Below, in pieces: positions 27,116 through 34,713 of a stretch of DNA of 34,713 bases; position 1 is the stretch's first letter, and the number at the start of each line of letters is the position of its first letter. The DNA is taken from sequence record DRR723986_1736; one strand, 5' to 3'. A program made the position numbers and the translations under genes. Under the pieces are notes generated by a model. That model was not told the DNA's origin and ran no database searches. It saw only the letters and a program-made list of their open reading frames with translations.

Positions 27116-28840
27116 TCAGGCGGAATTGCCACCCAGCGCGAGGTTAATCACCCGGGCTAGCTCGGACTCACTCCGGGCCAACTCAGCCAGCTCCCGGCGC
27201 GCTCGAAGCTGCAGCGAGGCATCAGCGACCTCCACTAGCTCCACGCGCAACAGCCATTCGCAGGGATGCTTATCGAGAGCAGAAGCCAGTTGCGCCTGCT
27301 GCTCTGGCTGCAGTTTACCCTCGGGATTACTGCGCAACATTTCCAGCTGAGCATAGCAGTCCATCAAGGCCTGGTCCTGAACATGATGGATGGTCCCGCT
27401 TGCGGGCGTGGGCTTATACAGCTGCCAGTTCTGACGATCGGCCACACCACCGCATACAGCGGTTATCCGTGACCCGACCGCCATGTCATACACACCCCAG
27501 TGCGGCTCGAACAGGATCCTGCCGTGTAAGTCACTGACCGTACAGTCTGTGAAACTCAGGATCAGGTTGCGGTGCTCCTGTCGATGCACATGCTGCAGCC
27601 TGCCGCGCACGGTTATGCCCGAAAGGTACTCAAGGGTCGCAAGACCACCAACGACAATATTGTGGGCTTTCAGTTCGTCTATCGAATACTCGGAGAGACA
27701 GCGACTGAAATTTTTCAGCTTACCAACCGGCGAACCAAAGCCCACCGCATGATAGTCGACACCATGGCCGAAGATTTCCTGACCACGGCAAGCCAGCTGT
27801 GTCTGGCCGCCAGTCCTTAAGTAAATTGCTTTGCCCACAGCATCGCAAAGCACTTCCTCGAACACGCCACTGACCTGCATGCCAGTATCGTAATCCGCGG
27901 TGCACACGGTACCTGCGTGGATAGCCACTTTCAGGGATTCAGCGCCGCCCCTACGGAAGCACATGGAGTCCGCAAACTCTTCGAGCACCTGGCTCAGGTG
28001 CCGGCAACTGGCGGTGACGAACAGCTGCGGCTGCTCCCGGGTGATGTCGTAGGGCGCCAGCACCGCGTCTACAGTGAGCGGCAGCTTCCTCACAGCGGCA
28101 TCGTCCAGACAATGAGCGCTCTCACCCAGCGACGACAACAAGCCGGCACCGAACAACCGATAGTCGTCCACAGACCCCACCAGCCCATATTCAACCGTCC
28201 ACCAGTGCAGCCGGGTAAGCAGGGCCGCCTCGGAAGGCGAGGAAGATGACTGCGCGAAGCGCTCGAGGTCACTTTCCGCCGCTGCGATCTCATCAGCACT
28301 GCTCGCCGGAGACTCCTTCAGAATCGACAGCCTGCGGACGGCTTCGTAATGCGCAAGGTCTTCGGTATTGGCTATCGCTTTCATTCCAACTTCGCCAAAG
28401 CGCTGTAGGAATTCCGCATAGTCTATATCCACCAGAAACGGCGCGTGGCCGGCAGACTCATGCACGATATCCGGCGCGGGCGTGTAAAAAACGTGGTCGA
28501 CACTGCGCATATCCAGTGCGATGACCAGCACTTTCAACGCCTGGAATTCCATGAAAATTGCCGGCGGGATAAAGCCGTCGACTACAACCGCCCGCCATCC
28601 CAGTTTCGCCAGGCAGTTGTTCATTTCCTCAATCGAGGGAATATGATCCAGGGCGATACCCGTCATCGCCAGACCATCGAGGTAGACCGGGTGGGCAGTG
28701 CGCGCCAGCTGGCGGGTAAGATGCTTCATGATGAAGCGCCAGAGCGCCTGGTCGCGCGGGGTGTAATCGGCGTAGTGCTGCGTCTTCACAAACGGCCGCA
28801 GGTGAGACGGCAAGCTGGCCAGCAGTTCAGCCTGGGTCAC
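27116..28840 (-). CDS. phhA: Aromatic amino acid hydroxylase (long-form phenylalanine 4-monooxygenase)
   Basis: YTPAPDIVHESAGH (Fe ligands), WWTVEYGL and GAGLLSSLGES, plus a large C-terminal extension. Lies in the hppD cluster. Confidence 0.85.
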   Translation of the reverse strand: MTQAELLASLPSHLRPFVKTQHYADYTPRDQALWRFIMKHLTRQLARTAHPVYLDGLAMTGIALDHIPSIEEMNNCLAKLGWRAVVVDGFIPPAIFMEFQALKVLVIALDMRSVDHVFYTPAPDIVHESAGHAPFLVDIDYAEFLQRFGEVGMKAIANTEDLAHYEAVRRLSILKESPASSADEIAAAESDLERFAQSSSSPSEAALLTRLHWWTVEYGLVGSVDDYRLFGAGLLSSLGESAHCLDDAAVRKLPLTVDAVLAPYDITREQPQLFVTASCRHLSQVLEEFADSMCFRRGGAESLKVAIHAGTVCTADYDTGMQVSGVFEEVLCDAVGKAIYLRTGGQTQLACRGQEIFGHGVDYHAVGFGSPVGKLKNFSRCLSEYSIDELKAHNIVVGGLATLEYLSGITVRGRLQHVHRQEHRNLILSFTDCTVSDLHGRILFEPHWGVYDMAVGSRITAVCGGVADRQNWQLYKPTPASGTIHHVQDQALMDCYAQLEMLRSNPEGKLQPEQQAQLASALDKHPCEWLLRVELVEVADASLQLRARRELAELARSESELARVINLALGGNSA

Positions 28841-28882
28841 GTTTTGCTACCGGGAAAACGCAGCGCCATAATCGGTAAGCAA

Positions 28883-29872
28883 CTATCTCGGTGGGTAGTA
28901 CTGACGGACGACCTGGTCGATCTTGCCGAAGATCGATACACCATTCTTATCCTGCATGTCGATCTCGATCCGGTCACCGAAGGCCATGAACGGGGTACTC
29001 GCCTGGCCGTCGCGGATGATCTCCAAGCAGCGTACCTCGGCGAGGCAGCAGGATCCGTCCTTGCTACCCACATTGGACACCGTGCCCGAGCCAATGACGG
29101 TGCCAGCCATCAGCGACCGTGTCTTCGCGCAATGCGCTATGAGGGTCGGAAAGTCGAAGGTCATGTCCTGGCCTGCATTTGGCGCGCCAATCAGACTGCC
29201 GTTAAGGATGGCCCGCAAGGGCAAATGCACTTTAGCACCATCCCAGGCATCCCCCAGTTCGTCCGGCGTAGCCAGTACGGGGGTAAAGCTGGTCCAGGGC
29301 TTGGACTGGTAGAAACCGAATTGCTTGCCTAACTCCGCAGGAATCAGGTTGCGCAGGGAAACATCGTTGACCAGGCCGATCAGGCGGATGTGATCGCGGG
29401 CCAATTCCGGGCTGACGCCGGCGGGCACATCATCGGTTACCACCACGACCTCGGCTTCGAAGTCTATGCCCCAGCCCTCACTCTCCACGTCAATATCATC
29501 CCGTGGGCCAATAAAGGCATCTGAGGCGCCCATGTAGACCAGTGGATCGGTCCAGAAGGACTCGGGTAATTCCGCGCCGCGTGCCTTGCGCACCAGTTCG
29601 ACATGAGTGACGTAAGCGCTACCATCGGCCCAGTGGTAGGCGCGGGGCAGCGGCGCGGCGCACTGTGCCGCGTCGAACGCAAAGGCACCTGCTACCTCGC
29701 CGGCATTGAGGGCGGCATAGATCGCTTGCAACTGCGGCTCGGTCGTTGCCCATGCATCGAGCGCAGCCTGAAGGGTTGGGGCAATGTTACTCACTTCAAT
29801 CGCGCGACTGAGATCACGGGACACAACGATCAACTTCCCATCACGCCCGGAGGCGAGGCTGGCCAGTTTCAT
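28883..29872 (-). CDS. Fumarylacetoacetate hydrolase family protein
   Basis: PLPRAYHWADGSAY, IDFEAE, NDVSLRNLIP, FGFYQSKP and GSGTVSN. Confidence 0.92.
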   Translation of the reverse strand: MKLASLASGRDGKLIVVSRDLSRAIEVSNIAPTLQAALDAWATTEPQLQAIYAALNAGEVAGAFAFDAAQCAAPLPRAYHWADGSAYVTHVELVRKARGAELPESFWTDPLVYMGASDAFIGPRDDIDVESEGWGIDFEAEVVVVTDDVPAGVSPELARDHIRLIGLVNDVSLRNLIPAELGKQFGFYQSKPWTSFTPVLATPDELGDAWDGAKVHLPLRAILNGSLIGAPNAGQDMTFDFPTLIAHCAKTRSLMAGTVIGSGTVSNVGSKDGSCCLAEVRCLEIIRDGQASTPFMAFGDRIEIDMQDKNGVSIFGKIDQVVRQYYPPR

Positions 29873-30414
29873 ACAGTCTCTCCCTGGAATTCCTTCTGGT
29901 GTAGCCAGGCGGCATGCCTGGGCGCTTTACGGGTCCTGCTCCACTCCTCGATCATGGCCGGTGCGACGCGATGCAACTCCGCCATTTCCTCCGCGGTGCA
30001 GGTATTGGCTACCAGCTCCAGTCGATGGCCGTTGGGGTCGCGAAAATAGATCGAGTGAAAAATCCCGTGGTTGGTCGGGCCGATGACATCGATATCCGCG
30101 GCCTCGAGCGAGGCCTTGGCCTCCATTAATGCGGGCATGTCTGCCACCTCGAATGCAATATGTTGCACCCAATCCGGCGTGTTCGGGTCGACGCCCATTT
30201 CCGGCGAGTTGGGCAGTTCGAAAAACGCCAGGACATTACCCATACCGGCATCAAGAAACACGTGCATATAAGGATCGGGCGCCTTGGTCGAGGGCACCTG
30301 GTCCTCGGCGATAGCCAGCACGAAATCCATGTTCAATACTCGCTGGTAAAACTCGACCGTCTCGGCGGCATCGCGACAGCGATAAGCCACGTGATGAATT
30401 CGCTTGAGTTCCAT
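29869..30414 (-). CDS. VOC/glyoxalase-fold protein, probable alternative homogentisate 1,2-dioxygenase
   Basis: IHHVAYRC, YMHVFLD, WVQHIAF and SIYFRDPNGHRLE. Sits between hppD and FAH. The function is inferred from context. Confidence 0.8.
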   Translation of the reverse strand: MELKRIHHVAYRCRDAAETVEFYQRVLNMDFVLAIAEDQVPSTKAPDPYMHVFLDAGMGNVLAFFELPNSPEMGVDPNTPDWVQHIAFEVADMPALMEAKASLEAADIDVIGPTNHGIFHSIYFRDPNGHRLELVANTCTAEEMAELHRVAPAMIEEWSRTRKAPRHAAWLHQKEFQGETV

Positions 30415-30423
30415 GTTCTTTCC

Positions 30424-31515
30424 TCAGGCCGCCGTGTCGGCGGTATCGATAGCGCCACGACGAAGCTGGTCACGCTCCATTGACTCGAACAGGGCCTGGA
30501 AATTGCCCTCGCCGAAACCCTCATCCTTCTTGCGCTCAATAAACTCGAAGAAAATCGGACCGATCAGGGTCTCGGAAAAAATTTGCAACAGAAGTCGCGG
30601 ATCGTCTTGCTCGGTGGAACCGTCCAGCAGGATACCGCGAGACCTGAGCTCCGCCACAGGTTCACCATGATTCGGCAGCCGCTCGTCCAGCATGTCGTAG
30701 TAGGTTTCGGGAGGTGCAGTCATAAATGGCAGGCCGCGCTCCTTGAGACGATCCCAGCACGCAGGCAGGTTGTCGCAGGAGAAGGCAATATGCTGGATGC
30801 CCTCCCCATTGTATTTCAGCAGGTATTCCTCGATCTGACCGGCTCCACCTGCCTGGCCTTCCTCGTTCAGCGGGATACGTATTTTGCCGTCCGGCGCGGT
30901 CATCGCACGTGACCGCAGGCCAGTGTACTCGCCCTTTATGTCGAAGAAGCGAATCTCCCGAAAATTGAACAGCTTCTCGTAATAGCCTGCCCAGTAGTCC
31001 ATGCGCCCGCGATACACGTTGTGGGTCAGGTGATCGATAAGCTCGAAACCACAGCCAACCGGATGACGATCCACGCCCTCGACATACTCGAAGTCAATAT
31101 CGTAGATCGAGGCGCCGTCTTCATAGCGATCTATCAGGTACAGAATCGCTCCACCAATACCGCGGATGGCAGGGAGCTTGAGCTCCATTGGACCTACCGG
31201 TATATCAATGGGCTGGGCGCCCTGCTCCAGGGCACGCTGGTAGGCTTTTTTCGCATCCTTGACCCTGAAGGCCATCCCGCAGGCAGACGGCCCATGCTCT
31301 TCCGCGTAGTACCAGGCGGGCGAGCCCATCTCGTAGTTGATCACAAAATTGATGCCGCCCTGGCGCCACAGGTCCACTGCCTTGGAGCGGTGCCGGGCGA
31401 CATGGGTAAACCCCATCATCTCAAAAACCGGCTCCAGCACGCCGCGCTCAAGCGCCGCGAACTCCACGAATTCAAAGCCGTCCAGGCCCATCGGATTGTC
31501 GAAAAGATCTGCCAT
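30424..31515 (-). CDS. hppD: 4-hydroxyphenylpyruvate dioxygenase
   Basis: [37 protein letters not shown] and [18 protein letters not shown]. Start at ATG 31515. Confidence 0.96.
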   Translation of the reverse strand: MADLFDNPMGLDGFEFVEFAALERGVLEPVFEMMGFTHVARHRSKAVDLWRQGGINFVINYEMGSPAWYYAEEHGPSACGMAFRVKDAKKAYQRALEQGAQPIDIPVGPMELKLPAIRGIGGAILYLIDRYEDGASIYDIDFEYVEGVDRHPVGCGFELIDHLTHNVYRGRMDYWAGYYEKLFNFREIRFFDIKGEYTGLRSRAMTAPDGKIRIPLNEEGQAGGAGQIEEYLLKYNGEGIQHIAFSCDNLPACWDRLKERGLPFMTAPPETYYDMLDERLPNHGEPVAELRSRGILLDGSTEQDDPRLLLQIFSETLIGPIFFEFIERKKDEGFGEGNFQALFESMERDQLRRGAIDTADTAA

Positions 31516-31662
31516 TGCCAGGTGCCTCTCTGCTTGTTGTGCCGATACTAACAAGCGAAAGCATACACCCCGATTGAGGGTCGAATTCTTCTTTTTTACC
31601 CTTTAATGGTATATTTTAGGTGTTTTCTTTTTCATTTATTCATTTTATAGGCAGGATTAGCC

Positions 31663-32163
31663 ATGAAATTCGACAGCACTGAAAGAAAAATTCTCACCAT
31701 TCTCCAAAGCGAGGGCCGTATCTCCAATGTCGAACTCGCGGCGAGAATCGGGATCTCCGAGTCGCCCTGCTTCCGCCGGGTAAAGACGCTGGAGGAATCC
31801 GGTGTTATCGCGGGATACGGCGCTCGTATCGACCAGCGCGCGCTGGACCTGCAGGTGACCGCCTTTGTCCAGGTGAGCCTCGATAAACAGGATGACAAAA
31901 AGCAGCAGGCCTTCATGGCGAAGGTAGAGGCGGAGGAGCATATCGTGGAGTGCCATGTGATGAGCGGCTCCCACGATTACCTGCTGAAAGTCGTAGCCCG
32001 CAACATCGACCACTTCTACGAACTGTCGGTGCAACGGATCCTGACCTTTCCCGGTGTCAGAGACATAGAATCCAATTTCGCACTGCAGGCATTGAAGTCT
32101 GCTGCGCCGCTGCCGGTGGGCGCTGGCAGGGATGGAGCGGACAAGAGCATGGCCGCTGTGTAA
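31663..32163 (+). CDS. Lrp/AsnC family regulator divergent from hppD
   Basis: GRISNVELAARIGISESPCFRRVKTLEESGVI and MSGSHDYLLKV. The intergenic region 31580-31655 is AT-rich. Confidence 0.92.
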   Translation: MKFDSTERKILTILQSEGRISNVELAARIGISESPCFRRVKTLEESGVIAGYGARIDQRALDLQVTAFVQVSLDKQDDKKQQAFMAKVEAEEHIVECHVMSGSHDYLLKVVARNIDHFYELSVQRILTFPGVRDIESNFALQALKSAAPLPVGAGRDGADKSMAAV

Positions 32164-32192
32164 GCGGCCGGTTCTGGCCCCCAGTTGGATTG

Positions 32193-33950
32193 TCAGGCAG
32201 CGATGCTGGACGCCCGCTGCGCGCCGCGTACCAGTGAACCCGGCATGGCGGTAGTTGCGATACCATCTTTCATGATCACTTCGCCGGCCACCAGGGTGTA
32301 ACGGTATCCCGTAGCCTTCTGCACGATGCGCTTGCCGCCCGCAGGCAGGTCGTAAATCACCTCAGGTGCATGAAGCGTAAGGGCGTCGAAATCAATGATA
32401 TTGATATCAGCGCGCATGCCCGGCTCCAGCGTACCGCGATCCTCCATGCAGACAGCCCGTGCGGTGTCGTGCGTGTGCATCTTCACCGCCTCCTCGAGAC
32501 TAAGGGTGTCGCCCGCCCGGTCTCGCACATAGTGCGTCAACAGAAACGTCGGCATGGAGGCATCACACAGAACACCGCAGTGGGCACCGGTATCGGCCAG
32601 ACTGATGACGGCATTTTCATTGCGCAGCATCTGGAACTGCCGATCGAGGTTGCGCTGATCGTAGCCCATAAACGGGAAATACAGCATGGCCTGGCCGTCA
32701 CGCTCCAGCAGCGCATCGTAGGCATACTCCTGCGGCGTGACGCCTTTCGCCGCGGCCTTGGCGGCGATGCTCTGGTCAGCGGACTGTTCGTAGTCGGGGT
32801 GTTCGCCGAGTTCAAACATCAGCTCGAAATCGGTCATCATGCGATCTGCGACCTCTATACCAAGGCTTGGCGTCGGCTCGGCGAGAATCGCGGCACGCAC
32901 TGCCGGATCCTTCAGTCGCTCGATACGCTCCGCCGGGCTCAGACCCACCAGCGGCGCAAAATTCTGGTGCAGGAAGAACGGATGTACGGTGCCGTGGTAG
33001 CTCATCAGTACATTGACCGGTCGGGCACCAACATGAGCCACCAGTTGGGCCCCTTCCCGGTTGGCCTGGGCCACGAAGTCCAACTGTTCCTGCACCCGGC
33101 TCCACTGCTCTTCCGTCTGGTAGAACAGGACGAAGTTGAAGCGGCAGTTATTTTCGATCGACAACTGCTTCATCCACTCCATCTCCTCGCGCCAGGCATC
33201 ATCCTCCCAATCGGATACCATGCCGTAAAAGCCCTTGCCCAGCTCACCCAGCTTGCGCCCGATACCGAACAGTTCGTCCTGCTCGGAGTAGGTGCCTGGC
33301 ATGGACAGCCCATTACGCGTCTTGTGTAACTCGGTACGGGACGTCGTAAAGCCGACAGCGCCCGCCTCGATGCCCTCCGCCACCAACTCAGCCATTTTTG
33401 CCACATCTTCCGGCGTCGCCCGCTCGTTATTCGCACCGCGTTCACCCATCACGTAGGTACGAATGGCACAGTGGGGCACCTGGGCCGCGATATTCACCGC
33501 GCGAGGCATCCGGTCCAGCGCATCGAGATATTCAGGAAAACTCTCCCAGTTCCAGGTAAGACCTTCAGCCAGGGCTGTGCCGGGAATATCCTCGACGTCC
33601 TCAACCACTTCGATCAGCTGTTGATGCGCCTCCTCACTGCGCTCGCAGGGTGCGAAGCCTATACCGCAATTACCCATGACCAGCGTGGTGATCCCATGAT
33701 AATTCGCGGGGCTGCAGTACGGGTCCCAGGTAGCCTGACCATCCATGTGGGAGTGGGTGTCGACCCACCCGGGCGTTACCAGCGCTCCCTTCGCATCGAT
33801 AGTCTCCCTGGCATCCTGGTCGATACGCTCAGACCTGTCGGTATTGGCTATTTTTGCAATACGGCCATTCTTTATCGCGACATCGCCGCGAAACGCAGGC
33901 TGGCCCAACCCGTCAATGATCTTGCCATTTTTTATCAGGACGTCGTACAT
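32193..33950 (-). CDS. N-acyl-D-amino-acid deacylase family amidohydrolase
   Basis: VTPGWVDTHSHMDGQ, VMGNCGIGFAP, VEDIPG, DTGAH and DRGTLEPGMRADINIID. Confidence 0.9.
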   Translation of the reverse strand: MYDVLIKNGKIIDGLGQPAFRGDVAIKNGRIAKIANTDRSERIDQDARETIDAKGALVTPGWVDTHSHMDGQATWDPYCSPANYHGITTLVMGNCGIGFAPCERSEEAHQQLIEVVEDVEDIPGTALAEGLTWNWESFPEYLDALDRMPRAVNIAAQVPHCAIRTYVMGERGANNERATPEDVAKMAELVAEGIEAGAVGFTTSRTELHKTRNGLSMPGTYSEQDELFGIGRKLGELGKGFYGMVSDWEDDAWREEMEWMKQLSIENNCRFNFVLFYQTEEQWSRVQEQLDFVAQANREGAQLVAHVGARPVNVLMSYHGTVHPFFLHQNFAPLVGLSPAERIERLKDPAVRAAILAEPTPSLGIEVADRMMTDFELMFELGEHPDYEQSADQSIAAKAAAKGVTPQEYAYDALLERDGQAMLYFPFMGYDQRNLDRQFQMLRNENAVISLADTGAHCGVLCDASMPTFLLTHYVRDRAGDTLSLEEAVKMHTHDTARAVCMEDRGTLEPGMRADINIIDFDALTLHAPEVIYDLPAGGKRIVQKATGYRYTLVAGEVIMKDGIATTAMPGSLVRGAQRASSIAA

Positions 33951-34000
33951 GGTTCCTCCAGGGTATCCTCAGGTGCTGTTCTGTCTGTCGTCGAATCGGT

Positions 34001-34435
34001 TTAGTCGCTGAAGTCGGCAGCAGTCGACTTCATCATTTCCTCAATGAACCAAGCGGGAAACTGGCCAACAAATTTCTGCATGTCCCAATAGTCGCTCCAG
34101 CGATAGATCAAGCCGTCCTTGAGTTCATGCATGGTCACGAATGTGTGACTGGCAGTCTCTCCTGTCTTGAAGGTCCAGGTCTCGGTGTGGTCAAGAAAAA
34201 CCATATCGCCATCGGCGACCAGATGGTGGGTAACTTGTTCCTGCCGGCTGAGGTGATCGAATGCGATGCGCAGGCGCTTGATGCAGTTCTCAGGGCCGTG
34301 CGCTCCGGGGTCGCCGCTGGGGACATCGATATAGTGAATCTCAGGATGCAGGCAGGACTTGAGCGTCTCCCAGTCCATTTCCGACATGGCATGCCACATC
34401 CGGACCACGACGTCTTTATTGGCTTGGATTGACAT
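34001..34435 (-). CDS. NTF2/SnoaL-like protein (limonene epoxide hydrolase-like)
   Basis: NKDVVVRMW, IHYIDVP, VFLDHTETW and GLIYRWSDYWD. ATG 34435 is preferred. Confidence 0.82.
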   Translation of the reverse strand: MSIQANKDVVVRMWHAMSEMDWETLKSCLHPEIHYIDVPSGDPGAHGPENCIKRLRIAFDHLSRQEQVTHHLVADGDMVFLDHTETWTFKTGETASHTFVTMHELKDGLIYRWSDYWDMQKFVGQFPAWFIEEMMKSTAADFSD

Positions 34436-34489
34436 GACACAGGACCCCCAGAAAAGAAGGCCTAAAGGTAGCACAGCACGCGGCGTGAT

Positions 34490-34615
34490 CGCACCTGACA
34501 CCATTGACTGATTACGGGCTTGGGGCTGTTATCCAAACCCACTGAGGTGTTGTGACCCTGCGGGCTTCGCCGCAAGCGGCTCGGTTCAAATTGCTGCGCA
34601 ATTTGTCGAACGGGC
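34490..34615 (-). repeat. Degenerate copy of the adjacent tRNA 3' end interrupted by a ~100-nt multi-hairpin insert
   Basis: 34606-34615 matches 34702-34711 at 9/10 and 34490-34505 matches 34687-34702 at 13/16. Internal hairpins include CAAATTGC-T-GC-GCAATTTG and GCCGC-AA-GCGGC. Confidence 0.6.
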
Positions 34616-34640
34616 ACGTTTAATCGACCAGAAACACCGG

Positions 34641-34682
34641 CTAAACAAAAAAGCCCACCTTGCGGTGGGCTTTTTTGTTTAG
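34641..34682. terminator. Bidirectional Rho-independent terminator directly after the tRNA
   Basis: Perfect 19-bp inverted repeat CTAAACAAAAAAGCCCACC-TTGC-GGTGGGCTTTTTTGTTTAG. Confidence 0.88.
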
Positions 34683-34683
34683 A

Positions 34684-34713
34684 TGGCGCGCCTGGCACGA
34701 TTCGAACGTGCGA
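34684..34713 (-). tRNA. 3' part of a tRNA, probably tRNA-Arg (anticodon outside the window)
   Basis: Minus strand TCGCACGTTCGAATCGTGCCAGGCGCGCCA: T-arm GCACG/CGTGC, acceptor strand, and G-CCA end. Identity is guessed from the acceptor stem only. Confidence 0.85.

Noticed and set aside
3167-34683. Whole interval as a genomic island between two tRNAs
   Set aside because: There is no integrase or mobility gene, the tRNA-end duplications are local (about 100-200 nt), and the gene content looks like ordinary chromosomal metabolism.

Overview
This is a GC-rich gammaproteobacterial chromosomal segment; gene content suggests Halieaceae/OM60-NOR5 (inference). I found no integrase, transposase, phage gene or CRISPR array. 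From left to right it holds: a YqfO/NIF3-like gene, tgt and queA; a small acidic hypothetical gene; tRNA-Leu(CAA) with a downstream copy of its 3' end; an alpha/beta hydrolase and AraC regulator divergent from an MDR oxidoreductase and an FMN-binding glutamate-synthase-family gene; a HAMP-GGDEF-EAL protein; DUF3144; a phospholipase D lipoprotein plus two LssY_C paralogues facing a lipase-like hydrolase; an outer-membrane barrel, S8 protease, ECF sigma and anti-sigma module; CBS and HD-GYP proteins; a class V PLP enzyme with a divergent Lrp regulator; DUF1080; a Phe/Tyr catabolic cluster (hppD-VOC-FAH-phhA, no cupin hmgA) with a divergent Lrp; an amidohydrolase; a SnoaL-like protein; and the 3' end of a second tRNA. 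The most notable signal is a motif GGAATA-N15/16-CGTC that occurs three times around the ECF locus. Two copies are back-to-back and point at the sigma operon and the protease. The third points into a highly structured ~340-nt region (about 20630-20978) with no credible ORF, a candidate ECF-controlled non-coding RNA.
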